A stretch of 42,113 nt of DNA from Tubiluchus corallicola. Lineage: Eukaryota > Animalia > Priapulida. Below the pieces are notes generated by a model that did not search any database, was not told the origin of the DNA, and saw only the letters and a program-made list of their open reading frames with translations. Each line of letters begins with the position of its first letter. The first letter of the stretch is position 1. The position numbers and the translations under genes were made by a program. Positions 10,847-23,206 of this stretch are shown in pieces. The stretch spans positions 84,223 through 126,335 of the forward strand of contig JAQGDQ010000620.1 in the NCBI GenBank assembly GCA_030141605.1, read 5' to 3'.

Positions 10847-12229
10847 AATCAGTAACAATCATTACAATCAGTAACACTCCTTACAATCAGTAACACTCCT
10901 CACAATCAGTAACACTCATTACAATCAGTAACACTCCTTACAATCAGTAACACTCCTTACAATCAGTAATACTCCTTACAATCAGTAACACTCATTACAA
11001 TCAGTAACACTCCTTACAATCAGTAACACTCATTACAATCAGTAACACTCATTACAATCAGTAACACTCCTCACAATTAGTAACACTCACTACAATCAGT
11101 AACACTCATTACAATCAGTAACACTCATTACAATCAGTAACACTCCTCACAATTAGTAACACTCACTACAATCAGTAACACTCCTTACAATCAGTAACAC
11201 TCATTACAATCAGAAACACTCATTACAATCAGTAACACTCCTCACAATTAGTAACACTCACTACAATCAGTAACACTCCTTATAATCAGTAACACTCATT
11301 ACAATCAGTAACGCTCCTTACAATCAGTAACACTCATTACAATCAGTAACACTCCTCACAATTAGTAACACTCACTACAATCAGTAACACTCCTTACAAT
11401 CAGTAACACTCCTTACAATCAGTAACACTCATTACAATCAGTAACACTCATTACAATGAGTAACACTCCTTACAATCAGTAACACTCCTTATAATCAGTA
11501 ACACACCTTACAATCAGTAACACTCATTACAATTAGTAACACTCATTACAATGAGTAACACTCCTTACAATCAGTAACACTCCTTATAATCAGTAACACA
11601 CCTTACAATCAGTAACACTCATTACAATCAGTAACATTCCTTACAATCAGTAACACTCCTTATAATCAGTAACACACCTTACAATCAGTAACACTCATTA
11701 CAATCAGTAACATTCCTTACAATCAGTAACACTCCTGACAATCAGTAACACTCCTTACAATCAGTAACACTCCTGACAATCAGTAACACTCCTCACCAAT
11801 CAGTAACACTCCTCACAATCAGTAACACTCATTACAATCAGTAACATTCCTTACAATCAGTAACACTCCTGACAATCAGTAACACTCCTTACAATCAGTA
11901 ACACTCCTTACAATCAGTAACACTCATTACAATCAGTAACACTCCTTACAATCAGTAACACTCATTACAATCAGTAACACTCATTACAGTCAGTAACACT
12001 CATTACAATCAGTAACACTCCTTACAATCAGTAACACTCCTTACAATCAGTAACACTCCTTACAATCAGTAACACTCATTACAATCAGTAACACTCCTTA
12101 CAATCAGTAACACTCCTTACAATCAGTAACACTCCTTATAATCAGTAACACTCATTACAATCAGTAACACTCATTACAATCAGTAACACTCCTTACAATC
12201 AGTAACACTCATTACAATCAGTGACTTAC
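10847..12229. repeat. 19-bp minisatellite, about 72 copies, starting at the exon 2 donor
   Basis: CAATCAGTAACACTCMTTA. Confidence 0.97.
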
Positions 12230-12476
12230 AGCACTGAATACTGATGGTGTAAGAACATTATCGCTGACTAGAAGCATCAATTCTCCTCTGTATCGACTCG
12301 GATAGTTATCTCGAACAAATTTTGTATCTTTCTGGAGCGGGTCACCCTTAGGAGCCCAAAGCTCCTCAAGCATGGTTTCCTGGTAAAACCGGAGCAATCC
12401 GACACCAGAGAGGATTGTGAATATTAGGGCACTCCATATTGAAATCCACGGATGAGCTCCTATCAGCTTGCCCAAC
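12230..12476 (-). CDS. Patched-domain protein, coding exon 2 (first TM helix)
   Basis: ttttttag|G TTG...GCT|gtaagt; (K)LGKLIGAHPWISIWSALIFTILSGVGLLRFYQETMLEELWAPKGDPLQKDTKFVRDNYPSRYRGELMLLVSDNVLTPSVFSA. Confidence 0.93.
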
Positions 12477-12591
12477 CTAAAAAATCATTTTAAATTGTCA
12501 GACATTTCCTTGAACACAAGTCGAGTAATAGTTATTTGAAAATTTTATGAATGCACTTTGGAAGTCAATGTAGTCAGTATATGAAAAAAAG

Positions 12592-13125
12592 AGTAGTCGT
12601 AGTAGTGGAACTAGTGGTTGTGGTAGTGGTAGCAGTAGTAATAGCAGCAGCAGTAGTAGTAGTAGTAGTAGTGGCAGTTCTAGTAGTAGTAATAGTAGTG
12701 GTAGTGATAGTGGTAGTGGTAGTGGAGTGGTAGTGGTAGCAGTACTAGTAGCAACAGCAACAGCAACAGCAACAACAACAGCATCAACAACAGCAATAAC
12801 AATAACAACAACAGCAGCAATAACAATAACAACAACCATAACAACAGCAACAACAACAACAATAATGATAACAGCAACAACAACAACCATAACAACCGCA
12901 ACAGCAACAGCAACAGCAACAACAACCATAACAACCGCAACAGCAGCTGGAACAGCAACAACAACAACAGCAACAACAACAACAACAGTAGCAACAACAG
13001 CAATAACAATAACAACAACAACAACCATAACAACTGCAACAACAACAGCAATAACAATAACAACAATAACCATAACAGCAGCAACAACAACCACAACAAT
13101 AACAACAGCAACAACAACAACAACT
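12592..13125. repeat. Compound trinucleotide tract, (GTA/GTG)n followed by (CAA/CAG/TAA)n
   Basis: Direct inspection; intronic. Confidence 0.93.
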
Positions 13126-13730
13126 GTACACTTAAGGATACTTCTGCAGGCATGACACAGGTGTAAATACCTCACTTAACAAAACTTAACAAAGACGTTT
13201 TTGAATGCACCTGTAATTAACACCTGTCGGCTTATTCGACGTTTGACCGGTTAGGATTTTCACTTTCTAAATACCCCGAGGACATACCTGTGAGCAGAGG
13301 TAATCACCCCCCCCCCCCCAAGCCCATCACTCTGTGAGCAACAGGTAATCACCCACCTAAACCCATCACTCTAGTCACCCTCCAGTAACTATAATAGACA
13401 ATTTTACAGTTTCCTAACAAACCAGACTATAGCCTTGTTAACTTACAGGACGCAGCGGGATTTTTCTGAATGGAAGTAATAAACTATTTCCTGTGCAAAT
13501 AAAGGAAGATTATCATACGTTTGCTCCTGTATTGAGGGTTCTGGTTTTGCTATAATTATATGAAGGAAAATTACGGGTACTACTGACATGTGTAGGCTAT
13601 AGCCTGGTATTTCTACAGACGTGTGGAACCAATTACAGTATTTTAAATGTAGTGCAATAATCTATTGTGATTGATAATGAGTTGTAATGATTAAAATTTC
13701 GTTCATCGATTTAATATAGTCAACTGTTAA

Positions 13731-14188
13731 CCCTTTCAGTCCCAAATTATTATTTTAATAAGAAAAACTTTTTGGCTTGGTACTTTAGTTCAGTATGTCC
13801 ATCTTGTTTACACATAATAATTATTTTTTTCTAACTGTGCCCGCGTGCTAAATATTGCCTGTATCCCACGGGATACATTGGGATTCAATGGAAGCATAAA
13901 ATGTGCTTCATTTTGCAACTGCTGATAATTTTTTAAAGTATTTAAGACATTTAGTATGCATGCTATGCTGATCTGTACAAAGTCGTCTCTAAAGTACTGT
14001 ACCTTGCGCAGTTTTTTATGCTATGTAGATTTTCTAGTTTGCTATTTTATCACCATTTTAGTCTATTGTTATTGGCTTAAATCAAAATAACTATTAACAG
14101 ATCAAATGACTGTCAGTTTTAAAATTTTATTAATTTTAAAGGCAGAAAATATTCTCGTATCCCACGGGATACAACAGGTATGAAAGGG
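13731..14188. mobile_element. piggyBac-like MITE
   Basis: TTAA|CCCTTTCA...TGAAAGGG|TTAA; internal palindrome GTATCCCACGGGATAC at 13861 and 14157. Confidence 0.8.
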
Positions 14189-14721
14189 TTAATGCTATGT
14201 TGCTTTTTTTGTTTGATATTATTTTTTTCTCTACATTGAATTTCATTAATTTTTTGCTTGATGTTATTCCTTGTTATGCTTTGAATTGCATTTCTGCTTT
14301 GAGTTGATTTTTGTTGCTTTTGCCTTTTATATATATATACACAAACACCTAAAAATGTCATGAGCCTGTGAGTAAGCTTGTATTTTTAATAAGGGGCAGC
14401 TGACCAAGTGACCAATAGGTCTTTCGCTGCTCCTTCTCAGCTGCAATGAAATGTTAAAATAATTATGACGAATTTTAACTGCTATTGAGAAAATAAAATT
14501 GGATTGAATTATCTTTTTTTCATAGACCACCACACTAACCACTGAAGCAAATCATTATTAAAAGGTTATTTAATGTATTTTTTAAACTTTTTACACATCA
14601 TTTGAAACATCAATGGCATTTCATTGTAAGTTTTGTCTGTTGCATATAATGTAGAAAATGAAAGTTAGACAATAAGACAGTGCTCGTCTGAGATTTGCGA
14701 TGGTCAAACTCGTAAAAGAAG

Positions 14722-15239
14722 AAGTTAAAATGGCCGTAAACCTCAAAAAACGTTTTATTTTGTCTTCACAAGTTTTCATCCTCTTGAATTTCATCAGCTG
14801 CACAGAAAGATACAATAATAAAAACTTACAAATGAAACTACATATAAAATAAATGTGTACAATGTCAAAGAAATAAAGGGCACAGAAAGCATGAAGAGGC
14901 TGAATTAAAAACTATTAAAATAGTGAGTAAAATTACTAATTAACAAAATAAAATGAAAATTAAACTGGCAAACTGATGTCAGGTTTGTTTGTTAGTTTAA
15001 ATTTCATTTTGTTTCTTAATTCGTAATTTTACTCTTTCTTTTAATTTAGTTTTTAATTCGGCCTCTTCATGCTTCTGCACCCTTTATATTACTGACATTG
15101 TACACATTTATTTTATATGTAGTTTCATTTGTAAGTTTTTATTATTGTATCTTTCTGTGCAGCTGACGAAGTCCGAGATGACAAAAACTTCTGAAGAAAA
15201 AAATCAATAATTTTTGAGATTTATGTATTATTTTGACTT
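14722..15239. repeat. Long imperfect palindrome (arms about 255 bp), each arm with a degenerate hammerhead core; probably inverted Penelope-like pseudo-LTRs
   Basis: CAGCTGCACAGAAAGATACAATAATAAAAACTTACAAATGAAACTACATATAAAATAAATGTGTACAATGTCA is exactly inverted in the right arm; centre near 14977. Confidence 0.9.
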
Positions 15240-16185
15240 ACGATTAACAATGAAAGTTACATAATATATCTAGGCGCAGAACAGATTCTTTTCTCGCTAA
15301 TTTCACAGAGCTACTTCTATGTGGAATATACCAGCAAAGCTCCATTTTCTTCCAGTAATAATAATTTATCAATTTTAAAGAAATGGGCATAGATATTTTT
15401 TTACATTTTCATTTCGATAGCACTGATACATTTCTGTTTAGTTCATGAATGATGGATACCACTGAATCATTTCTCATCATTTCAGTGCAATTTTTTTATT
15501 TCTTAATAGTTGCTTTGACTAAAAAAATCAAACCAGATATAAACTTGTTTGCAAATTGTGTAAATCTCTAATTGTGCTAGTATAACTAGGGTTAGTGTGC
15601 CAGTAAAGCTGCTTATCTACCTCAAATCTTCTCATACTTACATTGTAAAAACCGGCAGAATGAATTTACTACCAGATAAGTCTTTAATTAACTCGATAAG
15701 CAGACAGAAAAAATGTCAACTCTCTAATAGCATTAACCCGTACAAAGCTGGCTTGTTTAATTTTACTCTTATTCATAGAAATAGATTCATACGGTTTTAT
15801 AGGATTGATCCAACTATGAAAAATATTTTGATCTAGTTTAACAATAAGTTTACAGACAATTATGTAGTGTGTTTTAAAATATTTACTCAGTAAATAAACT
15901 AGTATTAATTAATTACTTAAATTCTAATTATTTATTACTTTTTTCTGTTTGTAAGTTCTAAACATTTTTTAAGTATAATGTCAACTGAAGTTTTATTTAT
16001 CTAATAAGTGGAAGCTAGAATTATTTTTAGTTTGCTGAATATAGCAGCTTATCGACTAAAAATATAACGTAACAATAAAGAGCCAAAAATTTGATCATTT
16101 CCCCGGGGCGCTTCTCTGTGGAATACTTAGTCAACATTGCGTTTGTTGTTTTCTCTTTGACTGTAACATAGATCAAGCAACTTAA

Positions 16186-16495
16186 AGGAAGACAGGATGA
16201 TTTTTCATTTCATGACCCCATTTTCAAGTCCGATAAAAGTATACATTTTAATACAATTAATATTGTAAAAGTGTTTCTGATAATGAAATAATAGATTAAA
16301 AACTTAATTAACGACGGGCGAGGCCAACTATTGATGACGTCACAAACTAACATAGTTTTCAACATCAATAATATTCCACGAACGTGTTGCACGTGTTTGT
16401 GAAAATGAAAATTGAAGTACTGTGCTACTGTAAGATATTCAGCGTGTTGTACTAAAACCAGGCAATTTTAAGATAAAAACAAATTTGAAATTTAC
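16186..16495. mobile_element. Kolobok-like element family A, copy 3 (left part only)
   Basis: TTAA|AGGAAGACAGGATGATTTTTCATTTCA..., colinear with 6560-6845. Confidence 0.65.
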
Positions 16496-16507
16496 GAATT
16501 TTCAAAA

Positions 16508-16712
16508 TTAACAGAAGCCAAATAGGTACTGAATAAGCATCGTGGCTTCTGTTAACTACTTAATTAGTCCATAATAGGCTCTGCCTACATAAACTGGTTG
16601 TATGTTTGTAAATTTACACCACTGATGATGACAGCAGCAGCCTGCCGAAACTTCAGCCATGATTTTAACTTTTCAATGTAAAAGTTTTTAATAAAGTTGT
16701 GTTGTTTTAACT
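16508..16712 (+). mobile_element. Penelope-like pseudo-LTR with hammerhead core and an inverted 5' segment
   Basis: Reverse-complement homologue of 1410-1610 and 1921-2060; CCA CTGATGA T GACAG..CTGCC GAAAC at 16619-16651, followed by AATAAA. Confidence 0.7.
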
Positions 16713-17220
16713 ATAAATGTTTTAAATGCCTGTAATGAAAATTGAGAAACAGAAACGAAGAATCTCCCGCAGGTTTTTGCAAACTTTACGATTCTAGAAC
16801 ACGCCGAACCGACCAGAATTCTGTCATCCTTGAATATAAATTAAAACACAACGTCTCAAACGGTTAAAGAAATTGTAGTTAGTGTATTTATCACTCAGGG
16901 TTGTGTCTTAAGGCTCTGAACGTGATAGATTTTCTAAACTCGTATCGTATCTACAAATATGTCAAGGATGTTACTCTGATTCCGTGTAACGGTACTTTGC
17001 ATGTTTTTCTTAATGTCAAGTGGTACTGAAATTAGATGAACCGGTACTTGTCCTGCCTCCAGATAAAGACTCAGCTATTTTCCTTTTCCCTAGGTAGCTC
17101 TTTTGACCAAGAGTGGAATGTAAAGGCTGGTTCACGTGTTTCCCGGGTGATCACGTGATTAATGAGGACAGACCAGTACGGTTTATCTGCGTTAGGAGAA
17201 GTGAAAGTTGTTTGTATTTG

Positions 17221-17719
17221 TGGAAATGAAATACCTCTGAAGCATTTATTGAGCTAAATAGAACACACATAGCGCAATCAATACCAGGTAGGGTTTAACG
17301 GATAAATCACACACTCTATCTGCGTACATGGAAAGAGAAACGTTGTTAACGTTATGGAAATGAAATACGTCTAAAGCATTTATTGAGCTAAATAGAACAC
17401 ACATGGCGCAATCAATACCAGGTACGGTTTAAAGGATAAATCGCACACTCTATCTCCGTTAATGGAAAGAGAAACGTTGTTTACCTTATGGAAATGAAAT
17501 ACGTTTAAAGCATTTGTTAATCTAAATACAGCACACAAGGGTGCAATCAATACCACGTATGGTTTAAAGGATAAATCGCACACTCTATGTCCGTTAACGA
17601 AAAGAGAAACATGGTTTACATTGTGGAAATGAAATGTCTGGAGCATTCATTAAGCTAAATAGAAAACACGTTGGCCTAATCAATACCAGGTACGGTTTAA
17701 AGGATAAATCGCACATTCT
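17221..17719. repeat. 134-bp tandem repeat, about 3.7 copies
   Basis: TGGAAATGAAAT at 17221, 17355, 17489 and 17624. Confidence 0.9.
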
Positions 17720-17848
17720 TCAACTCGAGTTAATCCGCGCCATCTGCATGAAGGGTTTCATTCGTGCAAAAACTGACACTGTGCAACTGTGACAGCTGTG
17801 AGGTGGTCCGTTACAGCAATCATAAATGGTAAGAACTTTCGTACGAAA

Positions 17849-17872
17849 ATGATGATGATGATGATGATGATT

Positions 17873-17904
<32 letters not shown>

Positions 17905-18310
17905 AACGATGATGATGATTATGATCATGGTGATGCAAAGGTAATGACTTATGATGGTTTGAAGCTCGTGATAATGATTATGATAAAGGTATTTACAACA
18001 ATAAATATGTCGATGTTAATGATGATGATGATGATGATGATGATGATTATGATCACGGTGATGCAAAGGTAATGACTTATGATGGTTTGAAGCTCGTGAT
18101 AATGATCATGATAAAAGCATTTACAACAATAAATATGTCGATGTTGATGATGATGATGATGATGATGTCAATGATGATGAAGAAGAAGAAGATGATGATG
18201 ATGAGGGCGATGGGGACGACGATGCCAGTGACGGTGATGATGATTACGATGCCAGTGCCGGTGACAGTGATGACGACGACGACGATTATGATGATGATGA
18301 CGGTCATGTA
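17849..18310. repeat. (GAT)n microsatellite containing a roughly 128-bp duplication
   Basis: GGTGATGCAAAGGTAATGACTTATGATGGTTTGAAGCTCGTG occurs twice. Confidence 0.9.
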
Positions 18311-18872
18311 ATAATAACAACAAATGTTTAATTTTACGTCTTTTAAATGAAGACAAATTGTTTATAACACGAATAATATACTGATTATTTCCAATTTCTT
18401 TGCGCATTAACTGTTCATAATTTTTGAAAATCGTTATCTGCTAATTTTATTAGCAAATGAAATTGATTTGTTTATTTATGATTTAAAATCATTTCTGTTC
18501 GAGTCGAAATATTTTCCAACATTCTAGTTTTTCTGGCAAAGTTTCCTTTATTCCAACTCAAACAGAACTCGTTATACATGAATTAGTAATGAACCATTGC
18601 AAACGGTGTCATGTGTGTTTTGTAGAAATTTAATACTTCTATATAACTGCATTACGCGATCTATAATCAGTTTATTTTGACACAATTTTGACACACTGGC
18701 TGTTCGTAGGGACAGCAACCCCCCGCTGTTTGTTAATAATTGTCACTCAACTCACGCGAGTAGCTTGTATCCTAGAAAGGTGCTTGACATTGCTAGAAGA
18801 CAAACTGAAAATCTACCAGCTTTAAATTAGTTAGACAAGGTATAACTTGAGCGGTTTGTTTGATGTTGTCTT

Positions 18873-19029
18873 CAGGGGGCGGATCCAAGGGGCGTCGCGC
18901 AGTCGGGACGGTTCTAGTTTAGCTTTGAGTAGAATAACGGCGACAGGAATCGTTTCGCTTCAGAGAGAAGTAATCCTACTGATCAATTATCACTCCTCCC
19001 TCCGTTTTTCCCAGAATGGATTCGCCCTG
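18873..19029. mobile_element. Short GC-rich MITE
   Basis: Imperfect TIRs CAGGGGGCGGATCCA / TGGATTCGCCCTG. Confidence 0.55.
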
Positions 19030-19443
19030 ATATTCGAATAATGTGAGCCATAAAACAGGGTGGCTGTTTTCCTATAAATGACACCCTAAATACTGCAGTG
19101 AGTGAAACAATAAATAAACCTGCTGGGCGTTTGATTATTTAAGTCTGTGGGTTTGTATGACAGTTTTATTTACAAGTTGAAAGAAATCACGCAGCCTGTA
19201 CCTAAAATTACTGAATCATTTTTGTGATTTGCCTCTTTGCGCAGGGGGAGGGGGATGGGGGGTGGGGGGCTTCAGGTACATCGCATAACATTTGCATATT
19301 AATCCTTTAATCATCCTGTGGGTTTATGCATGTCTTTTTACATTTACAGGTTCTTGTTGGGTTGAAGGTCAATTACAAATGACCTGTTGTCACTCGCGTG
19401 AAGTTTAGCCCTGCCAGAAATTCTCATAACTTTTCACGTATTG

Positions 19444-19645
19444 TGACGGTGGTGGTGATGGTGATGGTGTGGTGATGATGAAAATGATAATGGTGACAGA
19501 GATGACGATGCTGATGATGGTGGTGGTGGTGGTGATGAAGATAATGATAATGATATTGGTGAAGATGATGATGGTGGTGATGGTGATGATGATGATGATG
19601 CAGATGACGATGATGATTGCATTGGTAGTAATGGTGATGATACTG
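19444..19645. repeat. (GAT/GGT)n low-complexity tract
   Basis: Direct inspection. Confidence 0.9.
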
Positions 19646-20198
19646 ACGAAAAAGAAGAAGAAACATTATTTCGGGGTAAGTGACACGGACACTTTAAACA
19701 GACTAATAGCCTGGCCTTTGGGGTTAAAAGAGGCTCAGACTAATGACATTTATAATAGAGCTGACACGTACAGTTAACAGACGAGTCTGTATTGGCTAGG
19801 GGCCATGTAGGCCCTGACATCTGTACGTTGATAACAATGATGATATCATACTTAATGAATTTCACTAAATATTTGCACAGTGTAAGTTAAATTCTGCCTG
19901 CCATCGCGATGATTTTTTAATAGTGTATGACTACACTCAGAAATCTGCTAAGATAATTAATATTCGTCTTGCGTTTGCAAAACCTTGAATAGCAACAAAT
20001 TTATGATACAGACAAGAAGAAAAGTTTGAGATTTTTAAAAGCTGACGCCTGTAGCTCCTACATGAATTTCAAAACAAGGTAATTCTTAAATACAACTACA
20101 CTTAAATTGCACTATGTCAAATGACATTGAAACTTTTTTGTTTTTCACGACAATAATTGTGATTTTTTTTTTGCTTTGGGGTTTTTCAAAATCGTTTA

Positions 20199-21030
<832 letters not shown>

Positions 21031-21635
21031 AAATGTTTATGACGTTTATGATGGCATAAAGATTATAGTAAATTCAACTGTAATCTAGTGGATTTTAGCC
21101 TCACGCTACAATTCTCAAATGGGTAATAGAAAGATACGGATCGGGTTAACTTGTGAGACAAATATTCGACCCCTCCACCCTGGCAGACTCCTGACAGTGC
21201 CACCATTTCATATAACTGTTTTCAATTATGTTATCTTTGCATAGATGCTTAATTTTGATGACTCATTACTTGTTTTAGCTGTTTTTTGTTGCAGAAATGT
21301 ATAACCTACAGCGTGAACTTTTACATACATCCGTTGATTCTTCAAGATTTTTTGAAGAAATTGTTAATAAATAACCATGTCGTTAAGCAACTATATATAT
21401 AACTGGGTCTTTTAAAAACACCACCGATGCAATCTACTTTGCAAAAAAGTAAAAATATGCGTAAATGGATGGTATATTTTCGGGACAAAAAAACACAAAA
21501 AACTCAAATAATACTATTAATGTCAGTAAAAATCAATAATCCGCAGAATAAATAGTCCGATGAAACTTGACTTTAACGTTCATATCAGTTACTTAATGCT
21601 GAAATGAAATGTGAATTAAATTGAATTGAACTTAC

Positions 21636-21718
21636 TTGTAGAAAAATCCTTCTAGCGAACTGACCAGCGATTTTGTAATTTTTCTTGCACAAGAAAGTTC
21701 CTGTTTATCACTTTGCAT
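21636..21718 (-). CDS. Patched-domain protein, coding exon 1
   Basis: ATG...TAC AA|gtaagt; MQSDKQELSCARKITKSLVSSLEGFFY(K); the phase-2 donor joins exon 2 to give the family N-terminal motif LE.FFY.LG..I..HP. Confidence 0.88.
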
Positions 21719-21883
21719 TGTGTGAATGTGTCCAACTTTCAAACTTTCGTCACATTTAATTGTAGTTAGAAATTACGTCCGTAAAGGTGTACGGAATACT
21801 AACACACGAGCGTCTTTTAGCTGACAATGTGACAAAGTGAAAGCTCGAGAGTGAAAGTGCACACTGAACTGACGCGCGGTAAG

Positions 21884-22549
21884 CACAGATGGGTGGATAT
21901 CACTTTTTTCTTCATCCGCAACCGCAAAATCCGCAACTGTGTAAATCCGCATCCACAAAGTCCGCAACTGTGCATATCCGCATCCGCAAAGTCCGCGGCA
22001 ATTGAATATCCCCATATATCCGCAAAAATGTTGGCAACAACTAAGGCCACGTGTGCCCTGTAACCGCTTCTTCGTACGAAGCTGGAGTTATAAATGCAAA
22101 TTAATAACAAATTACTAGTCAGACGCCAATTTTGCTTGTAAACCTTCAACGAAAACTCACAATGTACATAGTACATCACTGAAACATATCATGCCCATCA
22201 CATCACAAACCGTAATAGGCTCGAGTAAAAAATTATGATATTTGTAATTATAAGCAATGTTTTGCGTCCAGGAATTTCCAGGTAAAATATCGGGAAGCAG
22301 CAAAGAAGCAAGAAGCAAATTAAACTAGTGTTGAAAGGTGTTTAATATTGCCACAAACCTTTTAATGCGCAAGAGAATGCTTGATGAACTGAAATTGGGT
22401 TAAATTTTTGTGCAAACACTTGAAAATTTACCTTTTATACATGGCTTTTGCATACTGCACGTAAAATGCTCGATTTTGGGCATTAAAATCCGCATCCGCG
22501 ATTCCGCTCGTAATTCACTATCTGCAAATCCGTTGTCCGCCCATCTCTG
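21884..22549. mobile_element. hAT-like MITE with ATCCGC subterminal repeats
   Basis: TIRs CACAGATGGGTGGA / TCCGCCCATCTCTG; many (A)TCCGC motifs near both ends; no clear TSD. Confidence 0.65.
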
Positions 22550-23152
22550 ACGTAGTTACGTTACTCAACCCGAGTGGTTGCTACGCAAGGTGCACATGTA
22601 CTCTAAGTGCGTTTAAACTACCCAAAAGGTTATAAATCGTCCAGTAATGCATTAATTAATCTGCCAGGTGAAGCAGGTAATTGAGAATACCTGGTATAAG
22701 GAAGTGAGAAAGGCGTTACAGGTGTAATAAATTTTAAAGTAACGTATTTTGACAGGGCACTTGCAAATTTTGATATGTAGGACAATTTTAGTAAGAAAAG
22801 AAAGATTGAAATTTAGAAGGCTTGCTCAAAAAGACTGCTTAAAATTGTTTCAATATTTCATCATTTTGAAAAACTATTCATTAAAATAGCTTGTAGATCT
22901 GTTATGTTTCTTTTATGCTTGATAAAGAGTTAAGCACCTTTGAGTGGCTTGGTAAGCAACCTTTAAAAGTGCAAGAAAAATTTATAAATTGATTCGTCGA
23001 GCACTTCAATCTGGAAGTGATCAATTAAAAAAATAACAACATTAGGATAGGTGCATGTTATAGCCCCTAATTTCTAACAAAAATGCTCTCTTGTTCCATT
23101 CCGTTAGTAGCTGCGGTCCTCCAACAAGCACATTATTCTCTTCTAGACCGTT

Positions 23153-23206
23153 AGGTCAACAAGGTCAATTAACAGGGTACCTTAAAACGTCAAAGGTCAA
23201 AGGTCA
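23153..23206 (+). promoter_or_regulatory. Cluster of nuclear-receptor half-sites (one DR3 and one DR1)
   Basis: AGGTCA-aca-AGGTCA (23153-23167) and AGGTCA-a-AGGTCA (23194-23206); function untested. Confidence 0.35.

Noticed and set aside
10847-12229. CRISPR-like appearance of regular short repeats (also 26660-27590 and 32367-34410)
   Set aside because: Units are head-to-tail with no unique spacers, there are no cas genes, and the context is eukaryotic
12498-13175. Poly-Val, Leu, Thr and Cys ORFs (mucin-like or metallothionein-like)
   Set aside because: Translations of a trinucleotide tract
13176-13287. Candidate first Patched exon (ATG at 13285, phase-2 GTGAG donor)
   Set aside because: Two in-frame TAA stops; the exon at 21636-21718 gives an open frame and the conserved LE.FFY motif
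14621-14815. ORF MKTCEDKIKRFLR as a Patched N-terminus
   Set aside because: Lies in one arm of the hammerhead-containing palindrome and has a poor donor
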